Positions 21,148 to 31,631 are shown, numbered from the stretch's first letter. The stretch: DNA of 64,000 nucleotides from Truepera sp. (GCA_965218435.1 CBDCKW010000005.1:620835-684834), one strand, 5' to 3'. Made by a program: numbers and translations. The notes: a model not told the origin generated them from the letters alone.

Positions 21148-22120
21148 TGACTTCTCCCTTACGTTGCGCCGCGTAGAGGGCGGCGCCCACAACGCCCGGC
21201 TGCTCAAGTTTGGCAACTTTGAGGTCGGGTAAACAGTCACCGGCGACCTTCAAGTGCTGTTGCCAGGTCTTTCTGATTACTGGAAACAGCAGGTCGCTCG
21301 CGCCGGACAGCCCGCCCCCAAAAACGGTACATTGGGGCGCCAGAAGCGTCACAATATTAGCAGTGACGATTCCGAGGTAGAAGCCGACGTGCGCAAACGC
21401 TTCTTGACACGATGGGTCGCCTGCTCGAGCGGCATGCGCAACGTTTTCTGCGCTGACTGCGTTTAAATCTCCACCCGTCAGTGCAAACAAGACGGGGCTA
21501 CGCCCGTGCAAATAAGGGCGCGTCACGCTGGCGACGAGCGCTGGCGCAGAGGCGACCGTCTCGAGACACCCGACGCTGCCGCAGCCGCACCGCGCACCGC
21601 GTGGCTCGACGATGTGATGCCCGATTTCACCAGCAAGCCCCCCCTTGCCGAAGTGTAGCCTGCCGCTCAACACCAGGCCACCGCCCACTCCAGTCCCCAC
21701 GACTATGCCGAACACGTCTTGGTAGCTCTGGCCCTCGCCAAACGTACTCTCGGCGAGGGCAAAGGCCCGGGCATCGTTGATGAGGCTTGTGCGCACACCT
21801 GTTTCTCGTTCCAAATATTCGCTCAGCGCAAAGCCGAACCAGCCACCTGCAAAGTTGGGCATCACGAGGGTGCAGCTTTTAGACTGATCGAGGGTAGCGG
21901 GAACGCCGACCCCTATGGAAGTAACGCCCAACTCGTCTCGCTCGGCCGCCGTACGCACTCTCGCCACTGCCTCGAGGACATCTTCAAGAACGTCCTCCCG
22001 TGGCCGGTGAGAGTGCGTGGGAAAGCTCGAGACGTGGTGCAAAGCATCGCCCACTAACAGGCCGATCTTGGTATTGGTGCCGCCCAAGTCGATACCGATG
22101 CTGGCTGTAGCTCTTTGCAA
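21140..22120 (-). CDS. ROK family sugar kinase
   Basis: GIDLGGT, INDA, GTGVGGG and GEIGH..CGCG..GCLE. Confidence 0.93.
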   Translation of the reverse strand: MQRATASIGIDLGGTNTKIGLLVGDALHHVSSFPTHSHRPREDVLEDVLEAVARVRTAAERDELGVTSIGVGVPATLDQSKSCTLVMPNFAGGWFGFALSEYLERETGVRTSLINDARAFALAESTFGEGQSYQDVFGIVVGTGVGGGLVLSGRLHFGKGGLAGEIGHHIVEPRGARCGCGSVGCLETVASAPALVASVTRPYLHGRSPVLFALTGGDLNAVSAENVAHAARAGDPSCQEAFAHVGFYLGIVTANIVTLLAPQCTVFGGGLSGASDLLFPVIRKTWQQHLKVAGDCLPDLKVAKLEQPGVVGAALYAAQRKGEVNA

Positions 22121-22167
22121 AACGTTTCCTCGGTCATTCTCTATATCTGTTCAGAAGCCCAGGTGTT

Positions 22168-22197
22168 ACTATAATGGTACGGACCACCTGATGTCCA
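22168..22197 (-). promoter_or_regulatory. Promoter with operator TGGTACGGACCA (copy 1, candidate GntR/HutC site)
   Basis: Minus strand TGGACA-18 nt-TATAGT with the imperfect palindrome at 22175-22186 in the spacer; repeated at 34616 and 45114. Confidence 0.75.
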
Positions 22198-22226
22198 GTG
22201 CTTTGAAGGAAAGTAGGTTAAAGGAT

Positions 22227-22994
22227 GTGACCGATTTGCCGCGACTAGACAGTGACACCGACATCCCCCTCTACCAACAGCTCAAAGATTGGATGCTTGA
22301 GCGTATCCACGCCGACAGCTTTGACCCTAGGACAGCTTTGCCTTCCGAGCGCGCCCTTGGTGCGGCGCTCAACGTGTCGCGCTCGACGGTGCGACAAGCC
22401 ATCGGCGACTTGGAACGCGAGGGTTGGGTAGTGCGGCAGCGTGGGCGCGGTACCTTTGTCAACGAAGCCAAAGTCGAGCAGCCAGCCGGCCAGGTCAGCA
22501 GCTTTTCTGAAAATATGCACCGTGCTGGCCTGACACCCTCTTCGGTGGTCGTTTCATTGTGCCTCTCCGATCCCGAGGAGCACTTGGCGCGTGTTATGCA
22601 GCTTGCACCAGGTCAGCCTGTGGCGGTGATAGAACGTATCCGCTACGCAGGTGGCGAACCGTTAATGCTCGAGAGAAGTCACTTGAACTACCACTTCGTG
22701 CCAGGGATTTTGAACCGTGACTTGTCGAAATCCCTGTACGTTCTGCTCAAAGAGCACTACGGGCTGTGCCTCAGTGAGGGCGAGGAAAGTTTGGAAGTGA
22801 CCGAGGCCGACCTGGCGTTGAGCCGCCAACTCGGTATCGCCCAGGGCACCGCAGTTCTTTATACCGAGCGTCTCGTCAGGGACGACACAGGCAATCCACT
22901 GGAGTTTGCGCAGCGTTACGCGCGTGCAGACAAGTGTAGGTTCCGTGTGGCGCTGACTGGTGAAAACGCCGACTTTGCGCTCAAAGCTTCGTGA
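22227..22994 (+). CDS. GntR family regulator, HutC/UTRA subfamily
   Basis: PLYQQL, LPSER, VSRSTVRQA, GRGTFV and a UTRA C-terminal domain. Confidence 0.93.
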   Translation: MTDLPRLDSDTDIPLYQQLKDWMLERIHADSFDPRTALPSERALGAALNVSRSTVRQAIGDLEREGWVVRQRGRGTFVNEAKVEQPAGQVSSFSENMHRAGLTPSSVVVSLCLSDPEEHLARVMQLAPGQPVAVIERIRYAGGEPLMLERSHLNYHFVPGILNRDLSKSLYVLLKEHYGLCLSEGEESLEVTEADLALSRQLGIAQGTAVLYTERLVRDDTGNPLEFAQRYARADKCRFRVALTGENADFALKAS

Positions 22995-23047
22995 GCTTGG
23001 CGGAGAGTGCGGCAGCCGAAACGCAGACGACTTGAAGAGGGGAAAGA

Positions 23048-23830
23048 ATGAATCAACAAGACTTAGCTACCGAGTACTTAGAGAAAGCGGCGCACATCGT
23101 TCAAAATATTCGCAAAACCCAACTCGGCGCTATTCGTGACGCCGCTAAGCTCTGTACGGACAGCATTGCCCGGGGGGGGCTCGTCCACCTTTTCGGCAAT
23201 GGGCATTCACGCATCGCGGTTGAAGAGATGTGGCCCCGCTACGGCAGTTTCCCGGGCTTCCATCCTATCGTCGAACTGTCCATGACCAATCATACGCAAG
23301 TCGTCGGTGCGAACGGGCAGCGGCAAGCCATGTGGATCGAGCGGCAAGAAGGTCTGGGCCACGTTATTTTACGCAACTTCGTGTTTCGCGCCTACGACAC
23401 CATGATGATCTTTTCGACCTCGGGCAACAACGGTGTGGTGGTCGACGTGGCCTTAGGCGCCAAAGAGCGCGGTCTGAAGGTGGTTTCAGTGGTGGGGCTC
23501 GAGTACGCTCGGGCCTTGGCGAGCGAGCACAGCAGCGGCGCACGCCTAATCGACGTCTCCGACATCGTGATCGACAACTGCGCCGTGCCCGGAGACGCGA
23601 TGGTCGACATACCCGGGGTCGATGTACCCGTCGGCCCGGGGTCGACTATCGGCAACGCAGCGGTCGTCAACGCCATGAAGTGCCTTATCGCGGCCGACCT
23701 CGCCGCCCGGGGCCAGCCGCCCATGGTCTTGGCTGGGGCCTGGAAAATGGGCGCGGAAGCGAGCGCGAAACGCTTTGACGACGCTTACGATGAGCACCGC
23801 GAACGTGTCAAGGTCGTCTATGGCGGCTGA
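23048..23830 (+). CDS. SIS-domain protein
   Basis: VHLFGNGHSR, FSTSGNN, VIDN and GPGST. Confidence 0.85.
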   Translation: MNQQDLATEYLEKAAHIVQNIRKTQLGAIRDAAKLCTDSIARGGLVHLFGNGHSRIAVEEMWPRYGSFPGFHPIVELSMTNHTQVVGANGQRQAMWIERQEGLGHVILRNFVFRAYDTMMIFSTSGNNGVVVDVALGAKERGLKVVSVVGLEYARALASEHSSGARLIDVSDIVIDNCAVPGDAMVDIPGVDVPVGPGSTIGNAAVVNAMKCLIAADLAARGQPPMVLAGAWKMGAEASAKRFDDAYDEHRERVKVVYGG

Positions 23831-24590
23831 CGGCCTGCTGGCGGGTAAGGCCGCCCTCATCACCGGTGCTTCGGGCATCGCCGCTGCCGCCGCCAAGCTG
23901 TTCGCTAGCGAGGGCTGCCGGCTTGCTGTCGTCGATATCTCGCGGGCTAACTTGCAAGCGCTGGAACTGGAAGTGCCTGGCATTACCCCTTTGAACGCCG
24001 ACCTTACCGAGCCAGGCGCCGCTTACGAGGTGACCCGGCAGGCATGGGCGCAGCTCGGCAGCGTCGACGTTTTGTTCAACGTGGTGGGTATCTCGGCGCG
24101 GCGTCACGGCGACGGCCCTGTTCATGAGGCCACCGATGAAGCGTGGGACAAAGTGCTCGACACGAACGCCAAGACCACCTTTAGCATGTGCCGTGAAACG
24201 GTCAAGATCATGCTCGAGCAAGGCGGCGGCAGCATCGTCAACACGACCTCGGTGCTGGCGTACGCGCCCAACGCCGAACACTTCGCCACGCACGCCTACG
24301 CGGCATCTAAAGGCGCAATCATCGCGCTCACCAAGTCCATGGCCTCATCGTACGCGGCGCAAAGCATTCGTGTGAACGCCGTCGCGCCGGGGCTTATCGA
24401 CACACCGATGAGTGCGAGAGCTCAGAACAACGAGAAGATCCTCGGATACATGAAAGTCAGGCAGCCCCTTACGGGCCGCTTAGGAACGGCAGGCGACGTC
24501 GCCAAAGCCGCGCTCTACCTCGCGTCCAACCTGGCGAATTTTGTCACCGGTGAAGTGATAGAGGTCGCCGGAGGTTGGAGCATAGCGTGA
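23820..24590 (+). CDS. Short-chain dehydrogenase/reductase
   Basis: ITGASGIA, YAASKG and VNAVAPG. Confidence 0.92.
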   Translation: MAADGLLAGKAALITGASGIAAAAAKLFASEGCRLAVVDISRANLQALELEVPGITPLNADLTEPGAAYEVTRQAWAQLGSVDVLFNVVGISARRHGDGPVHEATDEAWDKVLDTNAKTTFSMCRETVKIMLEQGGGSIVNTTSVLAYAPNAEHFATHAYAASKGAIIALTKSMASSYAAQSIRVNAVAPGLIDTPMSARAQNNEKILGYMKVRQPLTGRLGTAGDVAKAALYLASNLANFVTGEVIEVAGGWSIA

Positions 24591-24826
24591 ACGTCCTCAA
24601 GCTGCTCGTTGCTGCACGCGTGGTGCCTGTGCTGCGCGGCCCGCTTCCGCTGGTGGCGTTTATGCCGACAGGCGACGTCAACGTGAGCGCCCTAGCAAGC
24701 TGGGCGGCGGCTGGGGCGGTCGCCTTGGGTTTGGGCTCGAGCTTGGTAGCGGGTTACTTGGGCGACGTGCGGCTACACGCCTGGATACTGCGCGAACGTC
24801 TCGCCGAACTGCCGAGGCAACTATGA
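24587..24826 (+). pseudogene. KDPG/KHG (Eda/DgoA-type) aldolase with a large in-frame internal deletion
   Basis: N-terminal VVPVLR is joined directly to C-terminal GPLP..FMPTG..V..W..AGA.ALGLGSSL; about 80 aa versus about 210 aa for the family. Confidence 0.75.
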
Positions 24827-26127
24827 GCAGAGAGCTGAAGTCGGTCAACTACAGCGCTGTGATCCCAGTCCTAGCTGCTTGCAACGTCCTCGTGGTCGGC
24901 GGCGGTTCGGCGGGCTCGGCCGCCGCCGTAGCCGCAGCGCGGACCGGGGCGCAAACGCTGCTCGTCGAGCGCTACGGTTTTCTCGGTGGCACCGGCGCAG
25001 CGGTGCTGGACACCTTTTACGGGTTCTACACACCGGGCAAAACAGAAAAAAAGGTGGTGGGTGGGATTCCTGATGACGTGGTGGCGGGTCTGCAACGCCG
25101 GAACGTGCTCCTCAAACGGCCAAACACCTATGGGGCAGGTGCCGGTCTGACCTACGACCCCGAGACCCTCAAAGTCGTCTGGGATGAGCTAACGCTGGCA
25201 GCAGGCGTCAAGGTTTTGTTTCATAGCTATTTTGTCGATGCTCTCAAAGTAGGGGACAAAGTACGAGGCGCGATTGTAGGTACAAAGCAAGGTCTCCAGG
25301 CCATCTACGCTGACACCGTCGTGGACGCTTCGGGCGACGCCGACGTTGCCGCGCGGGCGGGTGCGCCATTTGAAGATGCGGGTGCGCTCGGCGTCGCCCA
25401 GTCGCTGACCACCACCTTCAAAGTCATCAACGTCGACGTTGCCAAAGCCACGGCGTTTCCAAAAAAAGAGCTGTGGGCGCTCATGGCGCAGGCTGCTCAG
25501 GAAGGGTACCGGTTACCGCGCAGAGAGGGAAGTTCGCACATCACTCCTTTGGAAGGAGTGATGGTGACCAACATGACGCGGGTGGCCGGGGTTAACGCAA
25601 CCGATCCCGAGGCGTTGTCGCGCGCTGAGGCGGAGGGCCGCCGTCAAGCGCTCGAGTATATGCGCTTTTTGCGCGACCGGGTGCCTGGGTACGAGCGGGC
25701 TGAACTCGGCGGTTTGGCCGTCAACATCGGCGTAAGAGAAACGCGGCGGATTCGCGGCGACTACTGGCTCACTAAAGACGACGTGTTGGCAGCCCGCAAA
25801 TTTCCCGACGCCATCGCCAAGTGCGGCGCCCCCATCGAGGACCATCATGCGGGTGGCGACACCAAGTGGGAGTATCTGCCCGACGGCGAAACCTACGATA
25901 TCCCATTCCGAAGCCTGTTGCCCCAACGGGTCGACGGGCTCGTCATCGCAGGCCGGTGCCTGTCCGCCTCCCACGACGCCCACGCCTCGGTACGCTCTAT
26001 CGGGCAATGTCTGGCGATGGGGCAAGCAGCAGGCTTGGCAGCCAGCCTTGCCACGAAGGGCGAGGTTCGCAATGTGAACGTCGGCACTTTGCGGGAGCGT
26101 CTGCTGGACGCAGGAGCGGTGCTGTGA
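24823..26127 (+). CDS. FAD-dependent oxidoreductase (PF12831-like)
   Basis: VVGGGSAG, ERYGFLGG, DASGDAD, GVRETRR and AGRC. Confidence 0.92.
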   Translation: MSRELKSVNYSAVIPVLAACNVLVVGGGSAGSAAAVAAARTGAQTLLVERYGFLGGTGAAVLDTFYGFYTPGKTEKKVVGGIPDDVVAGLQRRNVLLKRPNTYGAGAGLTYDPETLKVVWDELTLAAGVKVLFHSYFVDALKVGDKVRGAIVGTKQGLQAIYADTVVDASGDADVAARAGAPFEDAGALGVAQSLTTTFKVINVDVAKATAFPKKELWALMAQAAQEGYRLPRREGSSHITPLEGVMVTNMTRVAGVNATDPEALSRAEAEGRRQALEYMRFLRDRVPGYERAELGGLAVNIGVRETRRIRGDYWLTKDDVLAARKFPDAIAKCGAPIEDHHAGGDTKWEYLPDGETYDIPFRSLLPQRVDGLVIAGRCLSASHDAHASVRSIGQCLAMGQAAGLAASLATKGEVRNVNVGTLRERLLDAGAVL

Positions 26128-27059
26128 TTCGCACTGTTCTCGGCGACATCCACCCTGAAGCGTTAGGAGTGACTTTAAGCCACGAACATCTGTTCGGTCA
26201 GCCCCCTAGCGAGTATGCTGAGGCTGACCTGTGCCTCACGGACGAGTCTTTGGCGGCGGCCGAGCTGGGGCTGTTCAGAGCGGTAGGCGGCGGCGGCGTG
26301 GTCGAAATGAGTACCGTTGACTACGGTAGGAACGTCGGTGTGCTGCGGCGATTGTCAAAAGCGAGCGGGGTTCATATCACGGCTGCAACAGGCTTCAATA
26401 AAGCCAAGTTTGCTGACCGCTACACCGCCACTTTGAGCGAGGCCGACCTTACAGCTTGGATAGTGACGGAGGTAGAGCAGGGTATTAGCGAGCCGCCTTG
26501 GTTTGTTGCCGGGCAGGCCAAACCCGTACCTGCTCGAGCTGGGGTTATCAAAGCGTCAACGAGCTTAAACGGCCCCACCGAAGCCGAGGAAAAAGTGATG
26601 CGGGCGGTGGCCCAGGCGCACGTGCTTACGGGCGCACCGGTCGCCACCCACACCGAAAAAGGCACGTGGGCGCTCGAGCAGGCCACTTTCTTGATCGGCC
26701 AAGGCGTGCAACCCTCCAAGCTCCTTATTGGCCACCTGGATTTCCGACCCGACCCCGCTTACCTGTCGGAAATCGCCTCGCTCGGCGTTTATCTTGGACT
26801 CGACCAGTTTTCCAAAAGCAAGTACTTGTCAGACGACGCGCGGATCGACCTCGTCCTCGAGCTGAGCGCTCGCGGTTTTGAGCGGCAACTCCTACTCTCG
26901 GGCGATTTGGCGCGAAAGACTTATTGGTGCGCCCGCGGCGGCTCCGGCTTTGCCTACCTCGTGAGCACGATTTGGAGCCGCTTGAGCGAGGCGGGTATGA
27001 CGCAGCAGCACCTCGAAAGGCTTTTTTTCAACAATCCTAGCCAGTGGTTGACGTTTTAA
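26124..27059 (+). CDS. Phosphotriesterase-like amidohydrolase
   Basis: IRTVLGDI, LSHEHL, GVIK, THTE, GHLD and LLSGD; GTG start overlaps the upstream stop. Confidence 0.9.
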   Translation: MIRTVLGDIHPEALGVTLSHEHLFGQPPSEYAEADLCLTDESLAAAELGLFRAVGGGGVVEMSTVDYGRNVGVLRRLSKASGVHITAATGFNKAKFADRYTATLSEADLTAWIVTEVEQGISEPPWFVAGQAKPVPARAGVIKASTSLNGPTEAEEKVMRAVAQAHVLTGAPVATHTEKGTWALEQATFLIGQGVQPSKLLIGHLDFRPDPAYLSEIASLGVYLGLDQFSKSKYLSDDARIDLVLELSARGFERQLLLSGDLARKTYWCARGGSGFAYLVSTIWSRLSEAGMTQQHLERLFFNNPSQWLTF

Positions 27060-27067
27060 AAGTTGAC

Positions 27068-27093
27068 AGGTGGCGCAATCGATTGCGTCACCT
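27068..27093. promoter_or_regulatory. LacI-type operator CGCAATCGATTGCG (copy 1)
   Basis: Near-perfect 26-bp palindrome AGGTGGCGCAATCGATTGCGTCACCT directly before TATAAT and the ABC ATPase gene. Confidence 0.8.
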
Positions 27094-27146
27094 TGGTATA
27101 ATTGTTCTATGACCCAAAGGCTTTGAAAGGATACGCGTGAGACGAG

Positions 27147-28631
27147 ATGCTTTCCGCCCGTAACGTTGTCAAGCACTACGGCGCTGTGCACGCCTTGACC
27201 AACGGCAACCTAGCTGTAGAAGGGGGCGAAGTCGTCGCTTTGCTCGGCGCGAATGGCAGCGGCAAGAGCACGCTCGGCAAGATCGTGACAGGGGTCGTGG
27301 CGCCGACGAGCGGCGACGTTACGCTCGAGGGGCGGGCTGTAAGGTTCAACTCGCCCTACGCCGCGCGCAAGCAAGGTGTCACGGCTGTCTATCAAGAACT
27401 CAGCCTCGTTCCAGACATGACCATCGCCGAGAACATTTATCTCGGCCATGAGCCAAGCCGGGCAGGCTTTTGGCCTCGGCGCGCGCAGATGCGCGCCGAG
27501 GCCAAACGGTTGCTCGATCTATTTCAGGGTACGGTGCACGCTGCCCCAGATGATTTCGTCATGAACCTGTCACCGAGTAGCCGCCAGATTGTGGAAATTC
27601 TCAAGGCGCTGAGCCAAAAGCCGCGCCTGCTCATTCTCGACGAGGCTACCGCGAGCCTCGACTCCCAACAGGTCGACCGACTTTTTGAATTGATCAAAGA
27701 GTGGAAAGCGCAGGGTATGGCCGTGGTGTTTGTTTCGCACCGGATGGACGAACTGTTCCGCGTTGCGGACCGTGCGGTGGTCTTGCGCAACGGGGCAACG
27801 GTGGGAAGCACCGGTATGGCGGAGACGACCGAAGGGAACCTCGTGCGGATGATGATAGGGGAAGCGGTCAAACCACAGCGTTTCGCGGGCGGCGAGGCAT
27901 CAACCGCTAATCTACGGTTGAACGTCGACGGCCTAGAGACTCCAGTTTTAAAAAATATTCATTTTAAGCTCGAGGACGGTGAACTGCTAGGCTTGAGCGG
28001 TTTGCAAGGCCAAGGCCAAGAGGACTTATTGCTGGCGCTATTCGGCGCGATTCCCTTTGCGGGATCGCTGATGCTGAGCGGGCGTTCGGTACGGTTTGCA
28101 CATCCTCAAGAGGCCATGCGCGCGCGGGTCGCTTATGTTCCTGGCGACCGAAGCGGCGAAGGGCTGCTCATGATTCGCTCTATTTTGGAGAACTTGCAGC
28201 TTCCCTCTTGGGGCGACTACGGCGTGCCCATCCGGCAAGCGCAAGCTCGTGCCGACGCGCTGGCCATCAGCCATAGGTTGAGTCTAAAAATGGCCTCGCT
28301 CAACGCACCCGTAAGCAGTTTGAGTGGCGGCAACGCACAAAAGGTGGTCATCGGCAAATGGCTGCTGCGCAATCCGGCCCTACTCCTTTTGAACGACCCA
28401 ACCAAAGGGGTAGACGTCGGCTCCAAAGGAGAATTTTATGGGCTGCTCAACGACTTACGGCGCCAAGGCACCGCCATTCTTTTTTACAGCAGCGATGACG
28501 AGGAGCTTTTGGGCCTTTGCGACCGTGTGTTGGTTATGCAAGACGGCCGCATCACCGCCCGTTTGGCGGGCGCAGATCTAAACCGCTCGAGCCTTGTCGC
28601 CGCCAGTATGGGCTCAGGTCACGCGGCGTGA
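27147..28631 (+). CDS. Sugar ABC transporter ATP-binding protein
   Basis: GANGSGKST, LDEAT, LSGGNAQK and NDPTKG. Confidence 0.94.
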   Translation: MLSARNVVKHYGAVHALTNGNLAVEGGEVVALLGANGSGKSTLGKIVTGVVAPTSGDVTLEGRAVRFNSPYAARKQGVTAVYQELSLVPDMTIAENIYLGHEPSRAGFWPRRAQMRAEAKRLLDLFQGTVHAAPDDFVMNLSPSSRQIVEILKALSQKPRLLILDEATASLDSQQVDRLFELIKEWKAQGMAVVFVSHRMDELFRVADRAVVLRNGATVGSTGMAETTEGNLVRMMIGEAVKPQRFAGGEASTANLRLNVDGLETPVLKNIHFKLEDGELLGLSGLQGQGQEDLLLALFGAIPFAGSLMLSGRSVRFAHPQEAMRARVAYVPGDRSGEGLLMIRSILENLQLPSWGDYGVPIRQAQARADALAISHRLSLKMASLNAPVSSLSGGNAQKVVIGKWLLRNPALLLLNDPTKGVDVGSKGEFYGLLNDLRRQGTAILFYSSDDEELLGLCDRVLVMQDGRITARLAGADLNRSSLVAASMGSGHAA

Positions 28632-29581
28632 CCGGGCTGCGCTTTTTGACCCGAAGCTCGTACCTGTTCACGCTTGTGTTGTTGGCGATTCTGGTAGCGG
28701 TCAACGCTGGTTTACAGCCCAACTTTTTTTCGCCGCGCGCGCTTAATGGAAACTTCCGGGTATTCCTGCCGCTCATGATTTTAGCGGTTGGGCAAGCCGT
28801 AGTCATTATTGGGGGTGGAATCGATTTATCCCTCGGGACGGTGGTGTCGCTCGTCAACGCCGTACTGGTCACGCAGGTCATGCCGGACAGTACGGCCTCG
28901 GGCGTGGCGGTCGCTGCTTTGCTAGGGTGCGCGGTGGGGACGCTGGCAGGCGCTCTGAACGGTCTTTGCGTGGCCGTTTTGCGGTTGCAACCGATCGTCA
29001 CGACCTACGCGACAAGTTTTATCTTTTCGGGGGTGGCGCTTCTCGTTTTGCCGCGGCCCGGCGGGAGCCTACCACGAACCCTTACCACCTTCTACCGCTC
29101 CGCCCCGCTGGGGATTCCGCTGGCAGTCTATGTCATTGCGCTCTTGCTACTACTTTGGGCGCTGCTGCGCTCGAGCCGGTACGGACAGTACCTGTACGCG
29201 AGCGGGAGCCAAGCGGACGCAGCTTATACCAGCGGCGTTCCCGTTTCGGCCGTGAAGTTCAGCAGTTACGTCTTGGCCGGGCTGCTTAGCAGCTTCGCGG
29301 CGACCGCGCTCACCCTAGGCATCGGCAGTGGCAACGCACGCATCGGCGACAGCATGACCTTGGACTCTATCGTTACCGTGGTGCTGGGCGGCACCCGGCT
29401 GAGCGGTGGCCAGGGCGGGGTTGTCGGCGCGGTGTTGGGGGTCATGATTTTGGGTGTCATCCGCAACTTGATTTCGTTTGCCAATGTCCCCACCTGGTAT
29501 CAGACCTTGATTAACGCCATCATCATTGTGTTGGCTTTGGCCGGACCCGGTTTGTGGCGCCTGCTCAGGCGGCGGTCATGA
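28628..29581 (+). CDS. Sugar ABC transporter permease
   Basis: GIDLSLG and VVLGGT.L.GG.G. Confidence 0.92.
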   Translation: MTGLRFLTRSSYLFTLVLLAILVAVNAGLQPNFFSPRALNGNFRVFLPLMILAVGQAVVIIGGGIDLSLGTVVSLVNAVLVTQVMPDSTASGVAVAALLGCAVGTLAGALNGLCVAVLRLQPIVTTYATSFIFSGVALLVLPRPGGSLPRTLTTFYRSAPLGIPLAVYVIALLLLLWALLRSSRYGQYLYASGSQADAAYTSGVPVSAVKFSSYVLAGLLSSFAATALTLGIGSGNARIGDSMTLDSIVTVVLGGTRLSGGQGGVVGAVLGVMILGVIRNLISFANVPTWYQTLINAIIIVLALAGPGLWRLLRRRS

Positions 29582-30525
29582 GCCTGCGTGGGCGCTTTTC
29601 GCCGCCGCTGATCGCGCTTCTTTTGGCTGTTGCCCTGTTTCTGCTCGGCGGCGTCCTTCGCCCCGGCTTTGTCAACGCCAATCAGGTCGTCAACATCTTG
29701 CGCTTGGCCTCGCTGTTGGGCATCGTGGCGGCGGGCCAGACGCTTGTCATCATTAGTGGTGGGGAAGGCATCGACTTGTCGGTCGGCTCGGTAGTGACGC
29801 TCGGCGCCATCTTCACCTTCCGCTTTTCTAACGGCCAAGACGAGTTGCTGCTTTGGGGCCTCGTGACGGCTTTGTTAGCGGGCGCGGTGGTCGGGCTGAT
29901 CAACGGCTTGGGTATCGTATTTGTGCGGATTCCCCCGCTGGTGATGACCCTCGGCATGGCGGGCATGGTGCAGGGCCTCGTGTTGGTGGTGACGCAAGGC
30001 GCGCTGGCGGGGGGTACGCCGCCGCTGCTTGTCACTCTCATCTCGAGCAACCTCGTGGGCCTCCCAGGCAGCTTATACGTCTGGCTCACTTTGGCTGCGT
30101 TGATGTGGATTTTGTTAGAGCGCAGTCCGTACGGCAAGCATCTGTTCGCCGTCGGTGTGAACCGGAAAGCCGCGCGGCTTTCCGGCGTCAACGTACCGCG
30201 AGTGGTCGTCATCACCTACCTGCTGAGCGGGGTTCTAGCGGCGCTGGGCGGGTCTTGCCTATTGGGCTTTACACAGCGCGTCTTTTTGAGCCTCGGCACG
30301 CCCTATTTGTTTCCGTCGATCGCGGCCGTGGTGGTGGGGGGTACGGTGCTCGCGGGTGGCAAGGGTAGTTACTGGGGCACCATGGCAGGCGCGCTCGTGC
30401 TTACGCTCATCAACAGTTTGCTCACAGCCCTGCAGCTTTCAGAAGCGTATCAACTTATCGTGCTCGGCGCGACGCTCGTCGTGCTCATTTCGATTTACGG
30501 ACGCCAGCGGGCGATTCGTCAGTAG
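29578..30525 (+). CDS. Sugar ABC transporter permease
   Basis: GIDLSVGS, AARLSG and IAAVVVGGT. Confidence 0.92.
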   Translation: MSLRGRFSPPLIALLLAVALFLLGGVLRPGFVNANQVVNILRLASLLGIVAAGQTLVIISGGEGIDLSVGSVVTLGAIFTFRFSNGQDELLLWGLVTALLAGAVVGLINGLGIVFVRIPPLVMTLGMAGMVQGLVLVVTQGALAGGTPPLLVTLISSNLVGLPGSLYVWLTLAALMWILLERSPYGKHLFAVGVNRKAARLSGVNVPRVVVITYLLSGVLAALGGSCLLGFTQRVFLSLGTPYLFPSIAAVVVGGTVLAGGKGSYWGTMAGALVLTLINSLLTALQLSEAYQLIVLGATLVVLISIYGRQRAIRQ

Positions 30526-31631
30526 CTCAAGGGTGCCCTGGTCAGCCGTTCAGCACCTTCAGGGGTGATGAGAAAGCCGTCCTCGAGGCGTACGCTGAAT
30601 GCGCCCGGTAGGTAGATACCCGGCTCGAGCAAGATCACCATACCCGCTTCGAGCGGAGTTTCGTCATAGGGCGTAAGGCGCGGCGTTTCGTGTGTGTGCA
30701 CGCCGACGCTATGCCCAGAGTGGTGGGGATAAACGGGGTAGCCGCTGGCGCTGATAAAGGTTTTCAAGGCGCGGTCCAAGTCGTTGGCTTTGAGGCCCGG
30801 TTTTAAGAGCGACGCACCATACTCGAGCGCCTCACTCACCACTCGAAAGACGTGCTTTTGTTCGGCTGTAGGCTCGTTTGCAAAGTAGCTGCGGCAGCCG
30901 TCCGACCAGTAGCCGCCCCGAGACACGCTTAAGTCAACAATTAAGGAGCTGTTTTCGAGCAGTGGTGTAGCCTTGGGCCAGCCGCCCACATTGTTACGGC
31001 GTTCGCCCGCCACACAGTCGTTACCCAGCGCGACGCGCTCCCCAGCGGCGCGCTCAACGCCACCTTGCACCGCCGTCCACACATCAATCTCCCGCGCTCC
31101 AGCCCGGGTTTGCGCTTTGGCGACAGTAAAGCCCAAATCGGTAAGCTCAAAAGCTTCTCGCAGCGTCTCGAGCTCCTCGGTCGTCTTGAGTCGGCGCGCT
31201 GGCTCGAGCCAGCCGTCGATAGCGCGGAACGTGTCACTGTGTGCCTCGAGCACGTTGTAGAGGTGGTGAGGAAGCGCTTTTGTTTCGATACCGACAGCGC
31301 CGGGGCTGCGCTGCATAAGGGTTCGGAGGGCAGCTTGCTGGTGGTCGGCGACACGAATAGGCTCGTCGAGCGTGTAGCTCGAATACGGCAGAACGCTTAC
31401 GCTTGCTGAAACACTTGCCCCACCAACCTGACTGTCTTGAAGCAAAAGCGTGTAGTGACCGTCTTCAAACCAGACAAACGCGGCTTGACCTAAAAACGGT
31501 GAGGGTATAACCCCTAGTTTCGGCGTGAAGCCCGTCAGCCAGGTCACGCTCTGTGGGTCGCTGAACAGCGCTTTGCTGAGGTGACCAGCCTTGAGAAGGG
31601 CGCTAGCGCGTCGCCTTTGCTCGCTATGCAC
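30519..31631 (-). CDS. M24 family (Xaa-Pro/creatinase-like) metallopeptidase
   Basis: DL..GYWSD, HHSGHSVG..HE, EPGIY and RLED. Confidence 0.88.
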   Translation of the reverse strand: MHSEQRRRASALLKAGHLSKALFSDPQSVTWLTGFTPKLGVIPSPFLGQAAFVWFEDGHYTLLLQDSQVGGASVSASVSVLPYSSYTLDEPIRVADHQQAALRTLMQRSPGAVGIETKALPHHLYNVLEAHSDTFRAIDGWLEPARRLKTTEELETLREAFELTDLGFTVAKAQTRAGAREIDVWTAVQGGVERAAGERVALGNDCVAGERRNNVGGWPKATPLLENSSLIVDLSVSRGGYWSDGCRSYFANEPTAEQKHVFRVVSEALEYGASLLKPGLKANDLDRALKTFISASGYPVYPHHSGHSVGVHTHETPRLTPYDETPLEAGMVILLEPGIYLPGAFSVRLEDGFLITPEGAERLTRAPLSY

